A stretch of DNA of 60,764 bases, counting the filler, from Globobulimina sp. (lineage: Eukaryota): the NCBI GenBank assembly GCA_003354225.1. It is 14 parts of 14 records of this genome, joined end to end, with 100 filler letters (N's around TTAATTAATTAA, not from the genome) between each part and the next. Parts side by side here need not be neighbours in the genome. Positions count along the whole stretch, not along the records: positions 1 to 4,254 come from PIVH01001414.1; positions 4,355 to 8,606 come from PIVH01001415.1; positions 8,707 to 12,957 come from PIVH01001416.1; 11 more parts are not named here. One strand, 5' to 3'. Both the position numbers and the translations under genes were made by a program. This document shows positions 1 through 11,364 of the stretch, one piece after another. Below the pieces are notes generated by a model. That model saw only the letters and a list, made by a program, of their open reading frames with translations, had not been told where the DNA came from and ran no database searches. Positions within the stretch are counted from its first letter, which is position 1. The number at the start of each line of letters is the position of its first letter.

Positions 1-1
1 T

Positions 2-3000
2 CGCGAATTAAACAAATTCACTAAATCTGACCAATTCCCTCTTCCCCGAATTGATGATCTAATTGACACGGTAGGTCTTGTCAAACCTATTATATTCTCA
101 ACCACTGATATGGCACAGGGGTTTCACCAACAACTCATGCATCCCAACAGCATAGAAAAAGTGGCTTTTGTGACACACAGAGGCCTCTTTGAATATGTTC
201 GCATGCCATTTGGTGTCAAAAATGGTCCAGCAACCTTCCAAAGGCTGATGCAACAAGTCCTCGCGGGTATTGACGAAGACCGTATAGTCAATTATCTAGA
301 TGACATCATGATCATGGCTGAAACCGAAGAAAAACACAAAGAGATCTTAGAAAAAGTCCTTCGCCGTCTCCATGAAGTTAAACTAAAATTGAACCCAAAG
401 AAATGTAGCTGGTTTCGACCTAAAATCATCTATCTTGGTTTTGAAATCAGCGCAGACGGTATCCGAACTGACCCCACTAAAATAGCCTCAGTGAAAGATT
501 GGCCTGTACCAGTTAATCTAAAAAGTTTACGATCATTCCTTGGCTTTGCCTCCTATTATCGTCGATACATCCACAATTTTGCCAAAATAGCTGCCCCCAT
601 GCACGAATTACTCAAAATCGACAAACAATGGGAATGGACTACTGATTGCAATGTAGCTTTCAAAACCTTACAAACTCGCCTAATGACAGCCCCAGTTTTA
701 GCCTACCCTGATTTTGAACGACCGTTTCGTCTCGAAACGGATGCCTCAAAAGAAGCTGTTGCAGCTGTCTTAGCCCAAAAAGATAAATTCGGCAAAATCC
801 ATCCCATTGCTTTTGTTAGTAGAACTACTACCCCCTATGAGAAAAACTATACAGTAAGCGAAATAGAATGCTTAGCTATGGTATTTGGTTTCCAAAAATT
901 TCGTGTCTACCTTTTTCAACATCAAGTTACAGTAGTAACTGACCATAGTGCTTTAACCCACCTTTTGAATTGTCGAAATTTATCATCTCGTCTACAACGT
1001 TGGGCGCTAGAAGTCCAAGAATTCGACCCCCTTATCGTCTATCGTAAAGGTAAAACCAATGCTAACGCTGATTCGCTCAGTCGAACCTACCAATTAGCAA
1101 TGGGCATGACAGAATGGACCCCCGAAGACGAATTCAATTTGAGAGGTTGTTCGCTCACTGAACTAACAGAAGGTCAGCGCTACTCCGATTTTGTTAACCA
1201 AATTGAAACAGACCCTATCCAAGTACATTTATTCCAAACCATCCAATCAAACCCAGAATGCCCAGATCTCCTCTTTGCACCAAAAGAAATCCAAATTCTA
1301 AATACTCCGAACACCACTTTACAACAAAAAGCTCAACAAGAACAACAGTTAGACCCTTTTTTGTCAGCTATGCTAAAATATAAGTGTGACGGATTAATGC
1401 CTGAAGATAACTTGGCACTCAACACCTCCATTGTATCACAAAAAGATAATTTTATTGTACTTGACAACATTATCTACTATGACAACAAAAAGAACAAAGA
1501 TCATGGTGTCAGACGTTTACCCATAGCAGTGCCTGAGCATCTTAGGCAAACCATTCTAGAAGAACAACATGGTATTGAAAACTCTGGCCATTTTGGTGTA
1601 CATAAATTATGGCGTACTGTAAAACATCAATTTTGGTGGCCTAACATACGCGGCGATTTAAAGTCGTGGGTTCGCTCATGTACTCGCTGTGCATTTCAAA
1701 AAGGAAACAGTAATCAACCCTTATCCCCTCTTCGCTCCATGCCCATTCCAGAAAAACCATGGAGTTTGTGCGCCGCCGATCTGGCTGCATATACCCGATC
1801 CAAAAAAGGTCATACTTATGCCCTAATTTTAGTCGATCATTGTTCAAAATACTTAGCGATAAAATCACTTTTTGACAAACGCTCAGCGACCGTAGCAAGA
1901 GCTCTTGAAAAGATTTTATCCAGTATGGGAAACATGGCTAAAATTTTAACAGATTGTGGCACTGAATTCACTGGTGCACCATTTCAAAATTTATTGAAAA
2001 GTTACAGTATCGAGCATCTGAAAACGACCCCCCATCACCCACGTGGAAACGGCCTAGCTGAACGTACCGTTCTAACAATCAACACCATGCTAGCCAAAAT
2101 AGTCAATCGTTATGCATCAGATTGGGACGTGCATTTACCGAAAATCGCTTGGGCCTATAATCGCACCGTACAGTTATCAACAGGTGTGTCCCCCTATCAA
2201 TTAATGTTTGGACGAGAACCAAACATGGCCAGTTCCACTGCCATCGGTAAATTAGCCCCCGAAAAATTTCAACTTGACAATGACTATTTATCTGATTCCT
2301 TAGTACAACAATTTTATCTTGACCATGCCAAAAACGCGAATGAACATGCAAAAATTCGCCAAAAGCACTCCTTCGATCAACAACACCATGTAAAACCCAA
2401 TCGATTTTCGATTGGAGACCGTGTTTTACTTTACAACCCTTCTACACACACACATAAATTGGACGCAATGTTTACCGGGCCTTATGTCATCCTAGATATA
2501 CGAGAAACAAATGCTTATATCCGTCGCGTCCACCACGCCGACGCTAGACCACAAAGAGTGCATTTTGACCGTCTATCTGCCTGCTATCCAGAACTCCCAA
2601 ACAGCTATTTTTCTGGATCCAAAAAACAACTAATTCCATCCATGAGGACATTGGATGACCATAAAACCGGGGAAGCGGACATAGAGAATGAAGAGACCCC
2701 CATAAAAACTCTTTACACCCCCCAACCGTCTAATGTAGATGTTACATCTGACATGTCTAACGTTTCAGTCAATGATGACTCCCAAGCCACGCCCCCCTTA
2801 GATACTGTCGATTCGCACATTCTGCAGTTAGCCCCTAAATTTGCTAGTGTTATTGATTGTGATAATAGTTTTTCTTTTTCTCAATTGTTTTCTGTCGCGC
2901 GTGAAGCAGACAGCCCTACCCAATGCTTAAATTTTAATTCTATTTTAGTTTTGCCTGATTCTGCCAAAAATAATTTGTTGCCAGACATGCCTGTATTCAA

Positions 3001-4254
3001 GAATCGTTCAGATGTCGTTTGCACAAATTCCATTCCATTGGCACGAAATCGATCTCCATTGCTTCGACAAGCGGCTCAACAGTCGCCACTAGCCCGTTTG
3101 GCAGCTCAACAAGCTAGAGAATCAACCGAAAACGGCCACAGAACCGGTCCTTCCGCAGCACAAGTAGCCGGATCAGTACTCAATGATCGTCAGTTGTATC
3201 GCGCGAGAGAACGCGTTGAGACAACTTCTGGCGCCGCTTCTAGTTATGGCTCGGATCCACCATCATCCAGTCACGCTGTTGCTAGTGGAGCTGCACCCAA
3301 TACGGCTGCCTATGTAGAAATGTTACAACAAGCTCCCCGAATTTGTGTCTCACGAAGATTGACCGAATCGACCAGATACATCGACCCAAGAGCCAAAATC
3401 ATTCGTCCTGGAGAGGCCCCCGAAATTATTCCCGTTCCAGGCGGTTGGTCCCATCCACTTTTCGCAGATGGTCGAATCGACCATTCTCAAATCGTCCCAG
3501 ATGGCGGATTTCCTATCGGTTTAGGACTTTCGGATCTTTACTTACGATTCCCAGAACCTCCTGGATGGAAATATTCGACCCAAAACCCACGCATTCAAAT
3601 GATTCCGGGACATCGATATTCGGCCCCCGTCTTTGTTAGCCCCGCTGGATCAATCCATGTTAATCAAGACGCCGAAATGACCGCTCAACCAGTTGGTCCC
3701 GAATCGTTCCAATTCGCTTTGACCCCTCAGATGGTCACTCAAAACACTAACAATAATGTTCCCAGAGAATCGACCGAAAATCCCACCCAAACGACATTCG
3801 AATTACATCATGACCGTCCAATCACTATTGCCCCCACCATTGGCGCCAATGTGGTTGCAGCACAGATCCCTGAAGTTACAGGAGGTCTCCATACCTTTGT
3901 CGCTGTGGCCAGTCCAGCTCCCCGAGGCACTTGCTATGAATTGGGAGTTGCTCCCAGAATTGAATTGGCCATTTTGCTCAACACTCATCGTTACATCGTA
4001 GATGACCAAGGTTTCGTCCGTGCCTTAGCTGTACATGTTCGACCAGACAACGAAGTGCCAAACCCCTACAATCCAGATCGTTTCGGACTTCGAGTGCAAC
4101 CAGAACCGATTTTGGGAGTGCGCATCATGCCCAATGGCGATGTGCTGTCAGCTTCCGACTTGGGTCGTCAAATCGCTAGAGAATGGCCTAGACAACAATC
4201 TGTTCGACCACTATACAACCCTAACGATGACGCCCCGTCTACTTCAGGCACCAG
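2..4254 (+). mobile_element. pol: Ty3/gypsy LTR retrotransposon pol (RT-RNaseH-integrase) with long C-terminal extension; truncated at both ends
   Basis: Frame is open from nt 2 (RELNKFTKSDQFPLPRIDDL). RT: MPFGVKNGPATFQ, YLDD. RNase H: ETDAS, EIECLA, TDH. Integrase: H..H..CxxC, then D (AADLA), D (TDCGTEF), E (GLAERT), and GPY/F motif FTGPY. The RT-RH-IN order is that of Ty3/gypsy. Confidence 0.96.
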
Positions 4255-4354
4255 NNNNNNNNNNNNNNNNNNNNNNNNNNNNNNNNNNNNNNNNNNNNTT
4301 AATTAATTAANNNNNNNNNNNNNNNNNNNNNNNNNNNNNNNNNNNNNNNNNNNN
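4255..4354. other. Artificial contig spacer (first of 13)
   Basis: N44-TTAATTAATTAA-N44. Identical spacers start at 8607, 12958, 17309, 21659, 26007, 30355, 34702, 39048, 43393, 47738, 52082 and 56424. Contig lengths fall steadily from 4254 to about 4241. Confidence 0.98.
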
Positions 4355-5036
4355 TAAATTAAATATTCGTAAAATATGAATGTGATTAACACAATTTATA
4401 GTAAAGAAAATAAAAATTGAATGTAAATAACAACTAATTTCTTTACAAATGGTCCAGCGGTTGCCGCTGGTTTTACAGTATAATAATTTTATGCAAGAGG
4501 TAATTTTGTAATGAATTTTTGAATCTATAGTGATAGATGTTTTAAAGGGACAAGAATCACTTTTTGTTACGCTTCCAGCTAAAGCCCTTCGGTATTAAAC
4601 AAATACTGGTTTCTAGCTTTTAAAGCTCCGAACTTAGATGACCAGGAAACGAATACATAACTCCCTTGACGATTATTCGCAATGTATGATAAAAGTTCCA
4701 CCATGTTTCCAGACAAGTGAGTGACAGGAGAGGTCTCTCCTGGTCACAGGGATACACCATCTGCACGAATTAGCTTGTACAACATTTGTGCAATCACAAC
4801 ACGTTCTTTAAGAACAACCCCTAATTTCGTCATCATATTTGGAAATAAAATATCCAACAGATTTGACAAAACGCCATGCAGCTAATATTGACGAGGCTAA
4901 GCTTGTGATGAAATACATCATACTTTGATCTTGTTTTATAATTATACACAAAAACTGCAGCGGCAATGATTCCACAAAACGGGAAGTTTTTTTGTTGCAA
5001 ACCTCACTTCACTCAAAAACTAAAAAAAAAAGAGCC

Positions 5037-5960
5037 ATGGACATCTTCGAAACTGCTCATAAAACAATTACAATCTCAAAGAATGGGAAAACTGCGACAA
5101 GCAAAGGTGGTGGTAGTTATTATGAGTATGGCAATGCCTTTGGAAGTGTAGGAATTGAGGCAAGCAGCAAAAATAAATGTAAATGGAAGCTAACATGTAA
5201 GGAAAGGAGGAGTGGAATGTCAATCGGTATTCAATCGAACAGGAATGTTTATGCTGATTGGAAGGAGATAGATTATGGATATGATGGGTGTGATGGCAAG
5301 AAATTGCATTTAGGGAAAGATGAAGAATATGGAATTGAATGGGGTGCCGCTGATGTAATTGAAATGAGAGTTGATTTTGAAAGACAAGAAATGGGATATT
5401 CAGTAAATGGGATCGATCAAGGAATTGCTTTTAGGAATATAGAGTTGGCAAAGACATATTATTTGGTGGTTGGAATGAATACATATCACAAAGGAGAGAG
5501 CATTTTTTTTACTGATTTTCATCAAATCGAAGAGAAAGAAAATGATTTCAAACAAAGTGAGATTGCCAATCAACAAAATCAGGTCTAAAATATTTTATTT
5601 TTTTCTCGTTTGTTTTTTAATTTTGTATATAACAAATTAACACAAAAAACAGAAGAAACAATTTGAAGATGAAAATAATGCATTAAAACAAGAAATTACT
5701 AATTTAGAGAGAAAATCGGATGGAAAACGTACAGAAATCGAACGATTAACTGCCGAGAATAAGGCGTTGCAAAGAAAAATGAAAAATATTGAAGGTATTA
5801 TAATATATTAAAAGTCTTTGATTATTATATTAAAATAAAAATATCTGCAAAATAGGCGGTGAAAATGCATTAAAACAGCGGATAAATGTAATGCGAAAAG
5901 AATCAGAAACAGAAAAACAAGAATTAAGAAATAAATGTGAAAATAATCAACTCCATACAT
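5037..5960 (+). CDS. SPRY/B30.2-like domain protein with coiled-coil tail (3' end uncertain)
   Basis: SPRY-like motifs (MSIGI, YGIEWGAADVIEMRVDF, YSVNGIDQGIAF). GT-AG introns 5583-5652 and 5795-5855 restore an open coiled-coil frame that joins ORF 5891. Confidence 0.7.
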
Positions 5961-6014
5961 ATGATTTTCTTTTCTTTTTTTTAATTTTAATCTGTAATAA
6001 TTATTATATCTGCA

Positions 6015-7457
6015 TCAACTATTTGAAAATGGAAGTTTCGACAACAATTTCCTTACAATCAACATTGCATTGCCACCAACATTACACTCACTTTTATTTT
6101 CCTGTATTAGTTTCTCTTCGCTATCAAGTTCCGATCCAATTCCACCATAATCCATATCCGACCCACCATTATCATTTGCATTGCTATGTAGTGACCTGAC
6201 TGTGGTATAATCGCAAACAGCATACACTTCCTCAAAGCCATTATCATTATCAATATCACTCTCATTTGTAACCACCACTCTTTTCCCACCACTCTTTTCC
6301 TCCTCCTCTTCTTCCTCATTCATATATCCATCATCAATATGCTCCTCACAGTCACTCCCACTTTTTCGTGCTTTGAACCCTTTCAAATCCCTCATTGCAT
6401 CCAATTGTTCCGCATGCGCAAAGATCTCCTTTTCTCGATTCACTTTTGCTAATTCTGTCTGATATCCATTAATAACATTATTTAATTCCTGTTTGCTGTC
6501 AGTGTCCGCTGTGAATGCATCCATTTCATCCTGCGACAAATCATAATATTGGCCGTCCGATTTAGACACTGCGAATTCCAGCTCATTGCTAAATAAATTG
6601 GACGCAAACACTGTCGTCGATGCATGCGATGTGTTGGACGCATTGGAGCCTCTTCTTAATAATGGATAACATTTCAAGTCATAGTGAGCTCGACTTATCT
6701 CATCATGTTTGTACGTACTTTGTTGTTTCATTTGATTCAATTTTAATAACTGTTGGCGTTCCTCATTTAACTGCAAATTCAGATCAATTAACTCATTATT
6801 TTCTGTCTCGAACTGTTCAAATGCAGCAACCTGAAAAGCCAGCAATATGTACGTTGAATATGTGACATTCAATGCGTTACAAACCTGAGTCGTTAAGTCG
6901 TCCTTTGTCATTTTCTGCAATTTTTTGATCTGGTTTTGTAAGCAATGGTTGCTTTCTTTCATTTGCTGCATTTGAGCCAATGAGCTGTACAGATGTTCAA
7001 TTTTGTTACTTTTGGCGATAAGTTGATTGTGTAATGTTTCTATTTCATTTTTATATTTACAAATAATGCCATTCTCATTGTATTTGTTATCACATTCATC
7101 ATCATACAAATTGACAGAAGGGCGGTGCGCTGAGGATATAATTTGCAATGTGTCGATGGCTGAATTCGTTTCACGTTTCTGTTGTTGGACGGATTCTGTC
7201 AATTCATTCAATTTTCTTTTATCAAATGTGCTTTCTTCGCTTAATATTTTAATTTGACTTTGCGCAGATTCTAATTGAACGGATAACGATTCTGTTATTG
7301 ACACAAAATCGTCTCTTTCTTTCTGTAATAAGCCATTTGTTTCTTTTTCTGTCAATAAGCTTTGTTGTAAATCCAATATTGTCTGTAAAGAGTCGTGTAA
7401 TTTTGCTTCTAATTTTATTTGGTTTGCGTTGGATTTGCTATGATTATGTGTATGCAT
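6015..7457 (-). CDS. Coiled-coil hypothetical protein
   Basis: 480-aa Q/E/L/K-rich ORF. A probable stop-free 54-nt GT-AG intron lies at 6831-6884. Confidence 0.6.
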   Translation of the reverse strand: MHTHNHSKSNANQIKLEAKLHDSLQTILDLQQSLLTEKETNGLLQKERDDFVSITESLSVQLESAQSQIKILSEESTFDKRKLNELTESVQQQKRETNSAIDTLQIISSAHRPSVNLYDDECDNKYNENGIICKYKNEIETLHNQLIAKSNKIEHLYSSLAQMQQMKESNHCLQNQIKKLQKMTKDDLTTQVCNALNVTYSTYILLAFQVAAFEQFETENNELIDLNLQLNEERQQLLKLNQMKQQSTYKHDEISRAHYDLKCYPLLRRGSNASNTSHASTTVFASNLFSNELEFAVSKSDGQYYDLSQDEMDAFTADTDSKQELNNVINGYQTELAKVNREKEIFAHAEQLDAMRDLKGFKARKSGSDCEEHIDDGYMNEEEEEEEKSGGKRVVVTNESDIDNDNGFEEVYAVCDYTTVRSLHSNANDNGGSDMDYGGIGSELDSEEKLIQENKSECNVGGNAMLIVRKLLSKLPFSNS

Positions 7458-7489
7458 GTGCTATTTTTCTTTTTTTTACTTAAGTGACA

Positions 7490-8606
7490 ATGGGTTTTAC
7501 TTTTGAACAAGTTACCGATTGGAATGCATTGCTCGCATACATTGGCGGTGGCATATCATTATTTTTCAACAGCTTATTATTGTTATTTTATTTATCCATC
7601 CCGGAAGTACGCACATTTTTTGTAAAATTATTGTTCTATTTATCTATTTGCGACTGGTTTGCATCATTGTCAATATTTTTAATTGGCAGTGAAACGAATG
7701 AAACCTTATGTGAGATCCAAGCAGGCTTTCAACAATTTTTCTCCTTATCCTCCATATTTTGGATGTCGGCCATTTCATTTACAATGTTTATGACTGTCAC
7801 AAAACATAAGCAATATATGTGGAAATACGAGCTTTTATATCATATTTTAATATGGCCGTTGCCCGTCATTACAACCATCATTATCTATGCAGTCAATGTA
7901 AGAATAACATACAGTGATATTTATGCGTGGTGTTGGATTGATACGCATTTATGGCTCAGCCCCGTAATATTTTATGTTCCCTTATTATTCACTCTATTTA
8001 TTATCACTTACTTCTATTCGCGAACCATTTTCTATTTGGCGTATAATGAGATTGAGTACGAAGAACATTATGATCGATATAAAAAATTGCAGCATTCATT
8101 AACCATTTTCTTGATAGCAACCATATTATGTCGCATATGGGCAGTTATTGTATTATTTCAAATGGCATTTTCACCGCACATCGACCAATACATATTATTA
8201 ATATATTCGTTTTTTGCTCCTTTGCAAGCATTTGTAAATACATTTTTATTCTTCAACTCATCGATTCGCAAAAGAATATCCCAAAGCAATTTATGTTTAA
8301 AATGGTTTTCGTTGAACAATTCGCCGGAATTCCAACCGCTTATTCATCACCAAAATGGTAACCCGACCAGTGGGGGTTTGGCAGCTTTGATTTCACCGAT
8401 ATTCCATACTGAAACTTCGTGGTTGTATCCCGATTCTGACACATTGGACAATTACGCTTATCACTTGAATAGAAACGAAAATCAACACAAACTCTTGCAT
8501 GCTGTCAATGAAAATATGGAAATTGAGAAATCAGCGCAGGTTGCAATGCTCGCCGATGATCCGAATAATAACTTAAAATTGCAACAAATTCATAAAAAAG
8601 AGTCGA
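7490..8606 (+). CDS. cAMP-receptor-like (Dicty_CAR/GCR1-type) GPCR, 3' truncated
   Basis: Seven hydrophobic segments with motifs LLFYLSICD, LCEIQAGFQQFFSLSSIFW, WCWI and PLQAFVN. Confidence 0.85.
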
Positions 8607-8848
8607 NNNNNNNNNNNNNNNNNNNNNNNNNNNNNNNNNNNNNNNNNNNNTTAATTAATTAANNNNNNNNNNNNNNNNNNNNNNNNNNNNNNNNNNNNNN
8701 NNNNNNAGTTGAACTATGAAGATACAGCAGAAACCCAAGCATATATGTTTGAATGTCATAGCACCAATACATATTAATGCCAAGATATCGCATTTCAGCT
8801 TTTTCAAAGTTTGGCTTTATTATAATAAGTATACAGATATTATATCAA

Positions 8849-10360
8849 CTACTGTACTAACACAGTGGTCGTATAAGATATCCATTTTGCTATGCCAAAA
8901 ACAGCAAGAAATTTTAAAATTTCAACAGCCCTTAATTCAACACCACATAATGTCGCTTGAATCGCAAATCTTGAAATATAATTTACTAATAAATGAAAAT
9001 GGTTTGAATTGTAAACAATTGTACGTAATTCCTTTACATCCATTGTATAATTTGGAGTTGTCATATGAAGTTTTTTCCGTTTCGACCCATATCTACTCAG
9101 TAAATGTAAAGATTCAACTTACGATATGGTTTTTTTCCGCATTAACACGGATTGCGTATTACTATCAGCAAACGGTGGCATTGATGAAGAAGCAACCACT
9201 TTCTCTCCAGCTGCGGGTGTCTGTTTCTTCAAAAAATAACTACTTTTACAGGCTTCAGCGTTATCTTCATAGTGATGGAAAATTTCAATAAATTGATTAT
9301 ATTCACAATTCATTCCAGATGATGCCATTATATATCCAATCAATGGCATAATATATATAAAAATACAAAGACAAACATATAATATAAAGTAAAGACAGTC
9401 TTTGCTGCAGTTGTTGTCTATGTTAATAAAAATCTCTATTACAAGCCATAACAATGAGCCAACATTGCCCACTGATAAAAGCATATAAAGCTTCCAGAAT
9501 TTATGTTCTTTTTTAAATTGATGATAAAAAGATTTGTATTGCTCTAAAATGTGCACAAAATCTGGTGTATATTCTGATTTCTTCATCAAACACTGCAAAT
9601 AATACAATTTAAACCGGAATTTGAATGCAATCACACTCCAAATTATAGGAAATAAAATTGTTGGAATTTGAATAAGCAACACTGCGAGAACGAAAATGGA
9701 GATATACAAAGAGCGGGTCTCCAAAAGTATGCAATCACACTCCAAAAGCTGTAAATAAACTAAAAATACAATCAATCCAACTAATAATATAACACCAATC
9801 ATTACATATATTATTAAACATTTATTGAGTGTTTTCATTTTTGAATTGATAAATTGTTGCAAAATCGTCAATAAATTTGGATGATAATGTATTAAATGAG
9901 CATTATGCCACGGAAAATTAAATTTATATACAAAATAATATATCTGTAATAACCGACATAATGTTATCAATAAACTGTGCAGAGTAATATTAATCTGAAA
10001 AACAGTGCTTTCTGAGACAGGGTGATGAGGGATAGATTGTGTTTGTGCAATGGTGAAAATGGCAGAATAAAGCACGGCTAGGAAAAATAAAAAGGAAATA
10101 CCAATACAATTAACTATGCCTTTTCTGCATTTATTTCCTGGACGTTTAGTAATCCATAACAACTGGGAATACATCACAAAATCTAAGTATTTACAAAATT
10201 TTATATTGGTTTGATTTTCATGATCATTCTTGTGATTTCTTGTTAAAGATACCGGTTCTAATGAGATAGTGCTGTAACCAGAATTTATTGATTTTTCAGT
10301 AATATAGGACCTATTATAGGATAATAAAGCAGATTGTTGTCGACTTGTTTTGCTCGTCAT
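8849..10360 (-). CDS. Gustatory-receptor-like 7TM ion channel (7TMIC/GRL) candidate, 493 aa, 2 exons
   Basis: The 30-nt intron 9093-9122 (gtaag...tag) joins ORF 9119..10375 in frame to ORF 8849..9064. Seven TM segments, ending in a GR-like TM7 region (YISRFAIQATLCGVEL...KWISYTTTVLVQ*). Confidence 0.7.
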
Positions 10361-10452
10361 TCGACTACAGCACAAATTAATATAGCGAAGCGCAGAAAGT
10401 TTTGGTGATTATGTTTTCTATACTAACACTGCACTGCGCTTTCATTTTAATC

Positions 10453-11268
10453 ATGCGACAAGGATTATTCACTCCTGCCATACTAAGTGATATTAGTAAA
10501 TTGCTAGTACCTCGTTTACGAATGCAAATACCATTTAACAGGACAGGAATGACAGAGGCTGAATGGGAAATATTTAAACAAAGATCAAAACTGAAAGCAT
10601 CAATATTAATACCTCTTTGCAACTATCGTAACAAAGCAGCCATATTATTTACGCAACGAACAGATAAAGTGTCAACACATCAAAATGAGATATCATACCC
10701 GGGCGGACATGCCGAGTATACGGATCAATCTGTTTTACATTCGGCTCTACGCGAATTTCATGAGGAACTTGGTGTCCATTTTAAGTTTACAATACAGAAT
10801 GAAGAGATTGACAAACAGTTTTATACTGCATCTGATGCAAAGGGCAACGATCAAATCATAAAATCGCAACCTTTTTTATCCAACAGTAATGAGCCGGGAG
10901 TAAACTCATTGGAGTTGCAAGTATTGGGCTCTTTATTTGATTCTGTCCCATCTAAACATGGCACTTCTGTCCAGCCCGTTGTTGCCTTTGTAAAGTTATC
11001 CAAGTTGCATGAGATCAAAAAATCTGATTTGATTCATGATTTATTAAACCCACACTGCGATGAAGTAGCAAAGGTATTTTGTGTGCCAGTGGATGAATTT
11101 ACGAATCCTAAATATCAAAAAGAAGAACAGCTTGAAAGAAGAGGAACTGCCATGAGATATAAAGTACCGTCATCACCGTGTGGGGACATATGGGGTTTAA
11201 CTGGATTTTTAACACAACAACTGCTAAATCACGTGTTGTTGCCAGCATATAGGATGCAATTGAGATGA
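10453..11268 (+). CDS. Nudix CoA pyrophosphatase (NUDT7/NUDT8-like)
   Basis: NuCoA motif ILFTQRTDKVSTHQNEISYPGG, Nudix box SALREFHEELGV, C-terminal IWGLTG. Confidence 0.9.
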   Translation: MRQGLFTPAILSDISKLLVPRLRMQIPFNRTGMTEAEWEIFKQRSKLKASILIPLCNYRNKAAILFTQRTDKVSTHQNEISYPGGHAEYTDQSVLHSALREFHEELGVHFKFTIQNEEIDKQFYTASDAKGNDQIIKSQPFLSNSNEPGVNSLELQVLGSLFDSVPSKHGTSVQPVVAFVKLSKLHEIKKSDLIHDLLNPHCDEVAKVFCVPVDEFTNPKYQKEEQLERRGTAMRYKVPSSPCGDIWGLTGFLTQQLLNHVLLPAYRMQLR

Positions 11269-11364
11269 TATGTATTGACGTACTTGTTTTTGGTATATTT
11301 AAATTGTTTTTTTATTTGCAAAACTGTGTTACTAAAAACTTTATCAGAGCTAAAATCTACAGAA

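Noticed and set aside
4255-4354. Recurrent TTAATTAATTAA palindrome as a biological repeat
   Set aside because: It is always centred in exactly 88 Ns: an all-frame-stop assembly spacer. ORF tails ending XXX-LIN or XXX-N are artefacts.
4580-4880. About 100-codon minus-strand frame with one internal TGA (selenoprotein?)
   Set aside because: No recognisable family, redox motif or SECIS; probably a decayed fragment.
8716-9291. 191-aa plus-strand ORF
   Set aside because: It lies antisense to exon 2 and the intron of the GRL-like gene and has no recognisable motifs.
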